The notes: generated by a model not told the origin, from the letters alone. A stretch of 32,000 nucleotides of DNA from Thermosulfurimonas dismutans (GCF_001652585.1 NZ_LWLG01000012.1:37030-69029); one strand, 5' to 3'. Numbered from the stretch's first letter, positions 1 to 6,895 are shown. Numbers and translations: made by a program.

Positions 1-152
1 ACGAAAAGTGGAGAGCCGAATTTCTCAACCAAGGTCTTCACCGGAATTCCATCTATCTCCGAACGGATAAGGGTTCGCGCGGCGCTTTTCTTTTCCCGCA
101 TAAAACCTACATGCAGTTTAAGAATACTCGGTTTTTGATAGAGTTTTTTCAT
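1..152 (-). CDS. PLP-dependent Orn/DAP/Arg decarboxylase family protein (first ~50 codons only; gene continues past window start)
   Basis: My translation of the minus strand from ATG at 152 gives MKKLYQKPSILKLHVGFMREKKSAARTLIRSEIDGIPVKTLVEKFGSPLFV. The '..L.EKFGSPLFV' block is the typical N-terminus of LysA/ornithine-decarboxylase-fold enzymes. ATGA start/stop overlap with the upstream ATP-grasp gene. It is absent from the ORF track because it is open at the window edge. Confidence 0.5.
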   Translation of the reverse strand, partial: MKKLYQKPSILKLHVGFMREKKSAARTLIRSEIDGIPVKTLVEKFGSPLF

Positions 153-1177
153 CTCTCCCCCCTAGTAACCATGTGCTGAAAGATTTGAATATCGGTTACA
201 AAGTCGTCGGTAAAACGGATATAGAGTTTCCCGGCCTCGTAATGGGATTCCCTTTCCGGTTCCTCTCCGAGGGCGGCTTTAAGGAGTCTTTCCGGAAGAT
301 TAACCCCTACGCCCACCGCAAAATAGATCCAGGCCGGAAAGCGGGGATTGATCTCGATGAGATAGATCTCTTCGTCCTTCACAATAGTCTCCAGCTCAAA
401 GGCTCCACGCCATCGAAAGGCCCTTACGAACTCCTCGGCGGCGGAAAGTAGCCTTTGGTGGGTTACGGTCACCCCGGTCCAGATCTTTCCCAGGGAGGTA
501 ATCCAGAGTTTTTTGATGGTCACCAGCCCGAAATGTCCTCCCTCTCCGTCGCCGACCCCCACCACGTTCATCTCCTCGCCCGCAACCACTTCCTGAAGAA
601 TCACCGGAAATCCCCATTCCGCCAAAATACTGTGGAAGTACTGCTCCGCTTCCGCGGGGGTGTGGGCCTTAAGGGCCTTATAAAAAAGGCCCTTAACCAT
701 GACCGGAAATTTCAGCTGTGAGAGGGCCCGGGAGAATTCTTCGTATGAAGTAACTACCAGGGTGGCAGGGATCTTGATTCCGATGGTCTCGGCTACTGCC
801 GGTAGCCGATCCTTGGCCCGCAGACGGAACTGTTCTTTGGAGGGAAGAAAGGTTTTTATTCCGTAGGCCGAAAGCCTTTCCTGGAGATCTATAAAAAGAG
901 GCAGTTCGGCATCCAGGGCCGGGATGATGGCCTCAAGATCCTCTTTTTCCCGGATATAAAGGAGTCGATTGAGAAAAGGGGCTTCGCCCTCGGAAGGATA
1001 GGGCATAAGATAGGCCCGCTCAATCAGTTGTTCGAGATAGACTCCGGGTTCCATGGCATCATAGGCTAGGCCGACCACGGAGACCGAAAGACTTCCCTCC
1101 CGAAGACCTTTTATAATTCCGATTCCCGGGCCAGGATTGTCAACCGCGTTTATCCCGGAGACCGCAACCTTAATCAT
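149..1177 (-). CDS. ATP-grasp family carboxylate-amine ligase (substrate unknown)
   Basis: 342-aa ORF with ATG start and a GGAGGG RBS. It has a pre-ATP-grasp N-terminus (MIKVAVSGINAVDNPGPGIG), a central 'FPVMVKG' block and a C-terminal 'LIEINPRFPAW' block typical of ATP-grasp enzymes. Overlaps the upstream PqqD-like gene by 8 nt. Confidence 0.75.
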   Translation of the reverse strand: MIKVAVSGINAVDNPGPGIGIIKGLREGSLSVSVVGLAYDAMEPGVYLEQLIERAYLMPYPSEGEAPFLNRLLYIREKEDLEAIIPALDAELPLFIDLQERLSAYGIKTFLPSKEQFRLRAKDRLPAVAETIGIKIPATLVVTSYEEFSRALSQLKFPVMVKGLFYKALKAHTPAEAEQYFHSILAEWGFPVILQEVVAGEEMNVVGVGDGEGGHFGLVTIKKLWITSLGKIWTGVTVTHQRLLSAAEEFVRAFRWRGAFELETIVKDEEIYLIEINPRFPAWIYFAVGVGVNLPERLLKAALGEEPERESHYEAGKLYIRFTDDFVTDIQIFQHMVTRGER

Positions 1178-1418
1178 GGCTTTCCCTCCAGAGCCCGAAT
1201 CTCCTTAAGCCCTCCAGAAACTCCTCCACGTCCCGTTCCGCCTCTTCAGGGGAAACCTCGTATTCCTCAAGGATGGCCTCAACGATTGCCGTGGGTGACA
1301 ATCCTTCCTTGAGCTTCTGCAAGATAAAAAGCCCAGTTTCGTTTACGGTATAACTGTTTCCGGTCTCGGGATCAAACACAAAGCCTTCATCACTTATGGC
1401 CAGGCGAGAGATCTTCAT
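1170..1418 (-). CDS. PqqD-family (RRE-like) small protein
   Basis: 82 aa. The pattern 'FVFDPETGNSYTVNETGLFILQKL.EGLSPTAIVEAILEEYEVSPEEAERDVEEFLEGL' matches the PqqD / peptide-chaperone signature (x-LN-x-T-a..iw..l.g..t..ei...l...y.v..e.a..Dv..Fl..L). AAGGAGG RBS. Confidence 0.7.
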   Translation of the reverse strand: MKISRLAISDEGFVFDPETGNSYTVNETGLFILQKLKEGLSPTAIVEAILEEYEVSPEEAERDVEEFLEGLRRFGLWRESHD

Positions 1419-1429
1419 TTCGGGCCTCC

Positions 1430-2236
1430 TTATCTATTTTCCCTGAGCCATTTCATAATATCCCAGGCAGTAACACCATGGGAAAGGGCTAATTCCCTTA
1501 GAGGGCTATTCCAATCTGGGCGCACTCCGTGTTTCTTAAGAATCCCCTCACAGGTCTTACGGTCAAGCCCGAAGAGCTCACAGACCTCCTTTAGGGTTCG
1601 CTTACCAGGATGGGCGATGACCGGTGCTACAGAACCCTTAGCGGTGGAAGCGCTCTGTTTCTGACTGATGATTATCAAATAAAGATCCGCTGGGGAGGTC
1701 TTGTTTAGACGGGCAAGCTCCTTGAGAGACATTTGGGAAGAGGGAATTTTAAACCCTCGAGCTTCTAAGACCTGTATAGTTTTTTGCAGGGAAAGACCCT
1801 CTCTTTTGACAACGACTTCGAGAGAAAGAAGTTCAGCGTGAGGCACTGGGGGAGGAACTGCCGGCTTGTGCCAAGAGGCTTTAAATCTTTCCTGGAGGCT
1901 CATTAGCAGGCTTGCCGGCGGAAGATCCTTTATCGCTAGGACCGTAAGAGCCACCGTAACCAGAGTCAGGGAAACCAAAACCTTGCTCGGGGCCCTTGTC
2001 GAGCCCAGATAGCGTTTAAAGGGCTTCCAGTTCAGATAGAAATGCCAGGCCGCAAGAAAGATCACGAGAACCCCGAAGAGGATATGGATAGCCTCCCACT
2101 GATCCTTTCCCAGTCCCAGAAGGCGCCAGTCCGTCCAGTAGGCCACGCGGCCAGGCGGCATGATATAAAGCACGAGTCCTGTTAGGACCGTGAGCCCCAG
2201 AGCATAGAAGAGAAAGAGGCTAACAAAGCTTCTCAT
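1430..2236 (-). CDS. DUF4405-like (cytochrome-b-like) membrane protein with C-terminal helical repeat region
   Basis: The N-terminus 'MRSFVSLFLFYALGLTVLTGLVLYIMPPGR..W..LGL.KDQWEAIHILFGVLVIFLAAWHFYLNW' has the 4-TM/His pattern of DUF4405. The C-terminal half has about 4 short repeats (SLKELARLNK.., TLKEVCELFGL.., PLRELALSHGV..). I chose ATG 2236 (GGGGGA RBS, 12 nt after the upstream stop). ATG 2269 from the ORF track is an alternative start. Confidence 0.6.
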   Translation of the reverse strand: MRSFVSLFLFYALGLTVLTGLVLYIMPPGRVAYWTDWRLLGLGKDQWEAIHILFGVLVIFLAAWHFYLNWKPFKRYLGSTRAPSKVLVSLTLVTVALTVLAIKDLPPASLLMSLQERFKASWHKPAVPPPVPHAELLSLEVVVKREGLSLQKTIQVLEARGFKIPSSQMSLKELARLNKTSPADLYLIIISQKQSASTAKGSVAPVIAHPGKRTLKEVCELFGLDRKTCEGILKKHGVRPDWNSPLRELALSHGVTAWDIMKWLRENR

Positions 2237-2247
2237 CCCAGATCCCC

Positions 2248-2952
2248 CTATTTGTTTTCCTGAGGGCATTTTCTAAGGCTCAAAGTCCGGCCGTCTTTGA
2301 GGAGTACGATCCGGCAGGCCATGTATTCGTCTATGTTGCGAGCAGCCCAGAATGGAGGCTGGTAGGCCAAGATCTCCACCTTCTCGCCAGGTTTAAGCTC
2401 CGGATAATCGTTTAACCAAAGGGGAGAAATCCTGAAGGTAGCCACCCGGCCCTCACTATTTTTTACTTCTATTACCAACCATTTAATCTGAGGCCGACCT
2501 ATACCGGGGCTGCTCTTCCGGGCCACGATTTCCCCGGAATAGACCAGCGGTTTCAGACTAGTTCTCCAACAGGGCTTGCCTGGCCCCTCTCGCAGCACGA
2601 GGACCGCCCCGGTATCGAGATTTTTTACCTCCGCCGCCACCAAAACCGGCTGACCGGCAAAGGCCGTACGTGGGGGAATCCAGCCTCTAACCCTGATCCG
2701 GTCTCCCGTAGTAAAGGGAGGCTTGAGCTTCCACCATTCGGGATAAAGCCTCACCTTTATTTCCTTTTTCTCGGTGGCTACCAACGCGGTCACGAAGCCG
2801 AACCTGGCCTTGGGAGAGGCCTTTTCCACCCGGATCTCCCTGACCGTGCCCTCCACCTCCTGCATAGGAACCCCGGGACCCTTTCCAAAGGCGGCTCCGA
2901 ACCATATTAGAAGAAAAAGCAAACTAAATATTTCAATTTTTCTCGTGTTCAT
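2248..2952 (-). CDS. secreted protein with two tandem ~90-aa beta-rich domains (family not identified)
   Basis: I chose ATG 2952 (MNTRKIEIFSLLFLLIWFGAAFG signal peptide; AAAGGAGGT RBS 6 nt upstream) rather than the TTG at 2982 in the ORF track. There is an internal duplication: 'GTVREIRV..IKVRLYPEWW....PFTTGDRIRVRGW.PP' versus 'GEIVARKS..VATFRISPLWL....ELKPGEKVEILAYQPP'. Confidence 0.6.
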   Translation of the reverse strand: MNTRKIEIFSLLFLLIWFGAAFGKGPGVPMQEVEGTVREIRVEKASPKARFGFVTALVATEKKEIKVRLYPEWWKLKPPFTTGDRIRVRGWIPPRTAFAGQPVLVAAEVKNLDTGAVLVLREGPGKPCWRTSLKPLVYSGEIVARKSSPGIGRPQIKWLVIEVKNSEGRVATFRISPLWLNDYPELKPGEKVEILAYQPPFWAARNIDEYMACRIVLLKDGRTLSLRKCPQENK

Positions 2953-2988
2953 ACCTACGACCTCCTTTTTCCTTTTTAGCAAAAATTA

Positions 2989-3005
2989 AGCAAAGGGTAT
3001 GCCAA
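2989..3005 (-). promoter_or_regulatory. sigma-54 (-24/-12) promoter
   Basis: The minus strand reads TTGGCATACCCTTTGCT, i.e. TGGCAT-N5-TTGCT. GG and GC are separated by exactly 10 nt, as in the consensus TGGCACG-N4-TTGCW. It lies about 37 nt upstream of ATG 2952 and about 40-105 nt downstream of the palindrome at 3044-3094. A GAFTGA-containing activator is encoded immediately upstream. Confidence 0.6.
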
Positions 3006-3030
3006 CCCTAAACCTTTAAAAACAGCGGCT

Positions 3031-3049
3031 CCGAGGTCTCTGACCTCGG
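3031..3049 (-). repeat. 8-bp stem / 3-nt loop hairpin (CCGAGGTC-TCT-GACCTCGG)
   Basis: Perfect inverted repeat read directly from the sequence. Its right arm shares 6 nt (3044-3049) with the larger palindrome, so the two structures are mutually exclusive in RNA. The nearest U-run on the minus strand (UGUUUUU) is displaced about 9 nt, so it is not a canonical terminator. Confidence 0.3.
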
Positions 3050-3094
3050 AAACTTTTCCGAAAAAGGGATCATTTTTCGGAAAAGTTTCCGAGG
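3044..3094. promoter_or_regulatory. 22-bp perfect inverted repeat with 7-nt spacer; candidate enhancer (UAS) for the sigma-54 activator and/or transcript-end hairpin
   Basis: CCTCGGAAACTTTTCCGAAAAA-gggatca-TTTTTCGGAAAAGTTTCCGAGG. Each arm contains a small palindrome TTTTC-N-GAAAA, centred near 3059 and 3079 (20 bp apart). The right arm encodes the last 7 codons plus the stop of the kinase gene. The repeat itself is certain; the function is inferred. Confidence 0.5.
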
Positions 3095-4215
3095 GGAAGT
3101 CTAATGGTAAAAACGGTCCAACCGGAACATAATTCGGCCTTGACGCTTCCACCGTGGGCCTCTACGATTCTCTTGACATTGAAGAGGCCGAGACCGAAGC
3201 CTCCGGGTTTTTGGCTCTTGTAGGGCCTGAAAAGTTCGGTGGTCTCGGGAAGAAGGCCTGCAGAATCGGCCACCTCTATACGATAAAATTCGCCCTCAAC
3301 GTCCCCGTAAAGCCTCATTCTGCGGGGAGGAGGTGCCTGAGCCAGGGCCTCCAGGGCATTTCTAATAAGGTTTCGAAGGACCACGCGCATCTTTTCAGGA
3401 TCAACGGAAAGTTTTGCGGGCGCAAGTCTGACCTCGGTTTCGACTCCAAGATCTTCTACTCTTTCGGAAAATTCTCCGAGGATCTCTTTTATCAAATCGT
3501 TTATTCTGGTTTCAACAGGCCTTAGAGCCAGAGGCTTCCTTAAATCGGAGACCTCTACCAGATAAAGGGTGAGTCGCCTAATTTCCTCCTCAAGGATTTT
3601 TATTTCTTCGGACGAAGTCTTCTTTTTCAGGCGAAAGACCGCAAAATTGAGGTTATTCAGGGCGTTTTTGACCTCGTGAAGCATGGATGCGATGGCCAGG
3701 GATACGCTTTTTAGCCGTTCGGCTTCGGCCCTTTCCTGAGCAAGGATCAGTCTGCTTTCGTAATAACTCCTGAGCAACCAAAGGGTTAACCCTAACCCCA
3801 TGAAATTGAGGAGTAACCACAAGCTGAGTTCAATGTAGAAATGGCGTTTGATCTCGTAAAAGACCTCCCCCGAGAAGTAGAGTTTAAATACGAAGGGGTT
3901 GAGTTCCAGGGTGTAAATCAGATTTTTGGGAGGAATGTCCGTCCCCGGAACGATGATGGTTCTTCCGGAAAGGATAAGGGCTGCCCCTTTGAGAAGGTCG
4001 GAATCCTCCATATATTCTGCAAGGGTTTCCACAGGATCGCCTCCAGAGATCACAGTGGCCTTGAGAACCGAATAAATACGCCGTTTTTCTTCCTCCAGCG
4101 TCAAATAAAAAAATTTCTCCCATTCCTTCTTCAAACGGTAAAAATCGTAAAGAAAACCCAGACCCAAGGCCAAAAGTACGGTAAAAAAGAGAAAGAGATA
4201 ACGTCTAGATGCCAT
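3070..4215 (-). CDS. sensor histidine kinase (two TM segments, periplasmic loop, HisKA + HATPase_c)
   Basis: H-box 'SMLHEVKNALNNL', N-box 'RNLIRNALEA' and G-box 'GGFGLGL'. TM segments are 'YLFLFFTVLLALGLGFLY' and 'LSLWLLLNFMGLGLTLWLL'. Overlaps the response-regulator stop by 11 nt. Confidence 0.85.
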   Translation of the reverse strand: MASRRYLFLFFTVLLALGLGFLYDFYRLKKEWEKFFYLTLEEEKRRIYSVLKATVISGGDPVETLAEYMEDSDLLKGAALILSGRTIIVPGTDIPPKNLIYTLELNPFVFKLYFSGEVFYEIKRHFYIELSLWLLLNFMGLGLTLWLLRSYYESRLILAQERAEAERLKSVSLAIASMLHEVKNALNNLNFAVFRLKKKTSSEEIKILEEEIRRLTLYLVEVSDLRKPLALRPVETRINDLIKEILGEFSERVEDLGVETEVRLAPAKLSVDPEKMRVVLRNLIRNALEALAQAPPPRRMRLYGDVEGEFYRIEVADSAGLLPETTELFRPYKSQKPGGFGLGLFNVKRIVEAHGGSVKAELCSGWTVFTIRLPLGNFSEK

Positions 4216-5551
4216 ATTTTTTGCGTTTATAACGTAGGGACTTCTCGTCTATCCCCAGAAGTTCGGCAGCCCTGGTCTGCACATAGCCAGTCTGCTCTAG
4301 GGCTTCCTTGAGAAGGAGCTTCTCCACGTCGGCAAGGACTTTGGGGAGGGCTTTTCCTAGCGGAAGATGCAGATCGATCTTCGACTCGCCCTTAGTCTCA
4401 AGTCCAAGAACTTCGGGAGTAATTTCCCTGCCGCTTACCAACACCGCCCGGTGGATAAGATTCTCGAGCTCCCTGACATTTCCCGGAAAAGAATAACGGA
4501 GTAGCTCTTCCATAGCTTCCGGGGTGATCTTTACATCTTTTTGGTATTTCTGGTTAAACTTCCGCAGGAAATAAGCAACAAGTTCAGCAATATCTTCCTT
4601 TCGTTCGCGAAGGGGTGGAATCTTTAGGACTAGGACATTCAGGCGAAAATAGAGATCCTCTCGAAATTTTTGTCGAGAGACCGCGGCCTTAAGATCTTCA
4701 TTGGTAGCCGCTATGATTCTGGCGTCGCTTTTCAGAATCTTATTGCTGCCTAGACGACGAAATTCGCCTTCCTGGAGGAACCGTAGGAGTTTGCTCTGAA
4801 GAACAAGGGGCATCTCTCCGATTTCGTCAAGGAAAAGCGTACCGCCTTGGGCTTCTTCGATCAGACCCGACCGAGAAGTTTCAGCCCCGGTAAAGGCCCC
4901 ACGCTCATAACCAAAAAGTTCGGCTTCGAAGAGTTGCTCAGGCAAGGCCGCACAATTCACGGCCACAAACCGACCCTTACGCCCGCTTTTTTCGTGGATA
5001 TAACGGGCTAAAAGCTCCTTTCCCACTCCGGACTCTCCTAGAATAAGAATGGGGGCCTCGGGCCGGGCAAAGATCTCGGCCTGCCGCAGAAGATCCTTCA
5101 TTACCTGTGAACGATAAACCAAAGGCCCCGGCTCTCGGGGTCTTCTTAGACTAACGAGTTCCCCACACCTTCTCACCAAATTAAGGAGGACCTCGGGCTC
5201 ATAAGGTTTTACCAGATAGTGAAAGGCCCCGGCCTTGATCGCAGAAATTGCGTCTTCTATCTCACCGAAGGCTGTAATGATAAGGACTTCGGTTTCTGGA
5301 CTCTTCTCTTTTATACGCTCAAGGAGTTCCAAGCCGCTCATCCCCGGAAGCCGGACATCCAAAATGGCCACATCTATTTCTTCTTGGCTCAACACGGGCA
5401 GGGCCTTTTCGGCACTGGGCACACTCCAAACGCGATATCCTTCTTCCTCTAAGGTCTTCCGCAGAAGTTCGCGATGGATCTTCTCGTCTTCTACTATCAG
5501 GATACGCAGGCTATCGCCTTCGGGACCGGAGTCGACCTCTTTTCTTTTCAT
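4205..5551 (-). CDS. sigma-54-dependent two-component response regulator (NtrC family bEBP)
   Basis: REC domain (ILIVEDE ... ILDVRLPGMSG). AAA+ domain with Walker A 'GESGVGKE', 'GAFTGA' sigma-54 contact loop and Walker B 'LFLDEIGEM'. C-terminal Fis-type HTH 'RAAELLGIDEKSLRYKRKKYGI'. Confidence 0.9.
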   Translation of the reverse strand: MKRKEVDSGPEGDSLRILIVEDEKIHRELLRKTLEEEGYRVWSVPSAEKALPVLSQEEIDVAILDVRLPGMSGLELLERIKEKSPETEVLIITAFGEIEDAISAIKAGAFHYLVKPYEPEVLLNLVRRCGELVSLRRPREPGPLVYRSQVMKDLLRQAEIFARPEAPILILGESGVGKELLARYIHEKSGRKGRFVAVNCAALPEQLFEAELFGYERGAFTGAETSRSGLIEEAQGGTLFLDEIGEMPLVLQSKLLRFLQEGEFRRLGSNKILKSDARIIAATNEDLKAAVSRQKFREDLYFRLNVLVLKIPPLRERKEDIAELVAYFLRKFNQKYQKDVKITPEAMEELLRYSFPGNVRELENLIHRAVLVSGREITPEVLGLETKGESKIDLHLPLGKALPKVLADVEKLLLKEALEQTGYVQTRAAELLGIDEKSLRYKRKKYGI

Positions 5552-5569
5552 AGTAGCTTAGAAAACATT

Positions 5570-6436
5570 TTAAGACGTCCGAAGGCCCCTTTCCAAATAA
5601 GCTAGGAACTTGTAAATCAGACGGGCAGCCAGGTATTCCGTACGGGGATCTCCGGGAATAGGCAAAAGCTCTACCACATCAAAACCAATGACCCGGAAGG
5701 AGGCTGCCAACTTCAAAATTTCGAGGACCTCATACCAGGTAAGCCCTCCAGGCTCGGGAGTGCCCACTCCGGGGGCCTCCGCGGGATCAAAACCATCAAG
5801 ATCTAAAGTCACGTAAACCGGCCCCTCCCCCAAAAGGTCTTTCAAGTTTGCAAGACCGGCTTCAAAGTCCCGTTTGAGGTCCCGGGCCCACAGGACAGAA
5901 AGTTTTTCCCTCTGAATGAGTTCGTATTCCTCCCGGGAGGCCGTCCGTATTCCCACGGCCACCACCTCAAGGCCCATCTCATAAGCCCGCCGCATAACGC
6001 AAGCATGGCTGAAGGGAGTTTCCTGGTAAACATCCCTCAAATCTGGATGGGCATCTATCTGAAGGATTTTGAATGACGAAAAGCGCTCCTTTAAAGCCCT
6101 CAGAGCCGCAAGGGTAACGGTGTGTTCACCCCCGAGGAGAACCGGAAACTTTTGTTCGTCCAGGGCCTTACAGACCAGGCTCTCTATAGTAAGAATGGCT
6201 TTCTCGGGGTCTACCGGAAGTTCGGGCTCCGGAAAGGTATAGAAACCCAAGTTACGGTGAGGTTCGCTTCCGGTTTCCTCGTCAAAAAACTCGAGATAAG
6301 GACTAACCTCTAGGATACGTCTCGGGCCCTCTCTCGTCCCTGGGCGCCAAGAAGTAGTGGCGTCGTAGGGAGCAGGAATGAGGGCTACCCGAGCCTTCTC
6401 TCGGACCTCGGGTAGCCCCAGAAAGGTCCGTCTCAT
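5570..6436 (-). CDS. speB: agmatinase / ureohydrolase family (agmatine or aminopropylagmatine ureohydrolase)
   Basis: Arginase-fold Mn-binding motifs 'GGEHTV', 'QIDAHPDL' and 'TLDLDGFDP'. Start abuts the speH stop. Confidence 0.85.
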   Translation of the reverse strand: MRRTFLGLPEVREKARVALIPAPYDATTSWRPGTREGPRRILEVSPYLEFFDEETGSEPHRNLGFYTFPEPELPVDPEKAILTIESLVCKALDEQKFPVLLGGEHTVTLAALRALKERFSSFKILQIDAHPDLRDVYQETPFSHACVMRRAYEMGLEVVAVGIRTASREEYELIQREKLSVLWARDLKRDFEAGLANLKDLLGEGPVYVTLDLDGFDPAEAPGVGTPEPGGLTWYEVLEILKLAASFRVIGFDVVELLPIPGDPRTEYLAARLIYKFLAYLERGLRTS

Positions 6437-6895
6437 CTAGACCGCAAGCTGGTTCCTTTCGGTCCGGATGAAACGCTCCACCGCCCGAATGGAACGCGGA
6501 AACTCGTGGCCCCGATCAAGAAGCCGGATTTCGCTCTTCTGGACTTCAAAGAGTCGAGAAATATCCTCGATGGCTTTGTCCACATCGAAGGGCTTGCAGG
6601 AAAAGATATCCACGCTCATATAAAGCTTTTCCGGAAAGGTATGGATACTAATGTGACTTTCAGCAATAATCACGAAGCCTGAAATACCCCAATCCTCGGG
6701 CACCGGAGCATAATATTTGAAGACATAAGGAGGCATAATCTTAGTCATATTGATTTGGGACGGGTATTCACTCAGAAAATTGTAAATAAAATCCAAGTCC
6801 ATAAGCTTTTCCCGATTGCAACCATAGCCGTCAAGAATGAGATGCTGCCCGAAACCGTACTCCACCTTTTCCGAATCCATAAATTTCTTTTCCAT
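6437..6895 (-). CDS. speH: pyruvoyl-dependent S-adenosylmethionine decarboxylase proenzyme family (small bacterial/archaeal type)
   Basis: 'GQHLILDGYGC' and the self-cleavage region 'VIIAESHISIHTFPE' (E-S cleavage motif), then 'VDIFSC'. GAAGGAGGG RBS 6 nt before ATG 6895. Confidence 0.8.
   Translation of the reverse strand: MEKKFMDSEKVEYGFGQHLILDGYGCNREKLMDLDFIYNFLSEYPSQINMTKIMPPYVFKYYAPVPEDWGISGFVIIAESHISIHTFPEKLYMSVDIFSCKPFDVDKAIEDISRLFEVQKSEIRLLDRGHEFPRSIRAVERFIRTERNQLAV

Noticed and set aside
2953-2982. N-terminal extensions in the supplied ORF track: 2982, 2269, 25013, 29461, 15554 and 22737.
   Set aside because: In most of these cases an internal ATG has a strong SD and gives a canonical family N-terminus, such as a signal peptide, lipobox, 'MSEVIWG' or 'MTKIRF'. 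For 2269 the choice rests only on the SD and the position after the upstream stop, so it stays an alternative start. The extensions overlap upstream genes or, for 2982, lie in the 5'-UTR predicted from the sigma-54 promoter.
3031-3049. Reading the small hairpin as a canonical rho-independent terminator for the kinase gene.
   Set aside because: On the minus-strand RNA the U-run (UGUUUUU) begins about 9 nt after the stem rather than adjoining it. The stem also competes with the much stronger 22-bp palindrome. It is kept only as a structural repeat.
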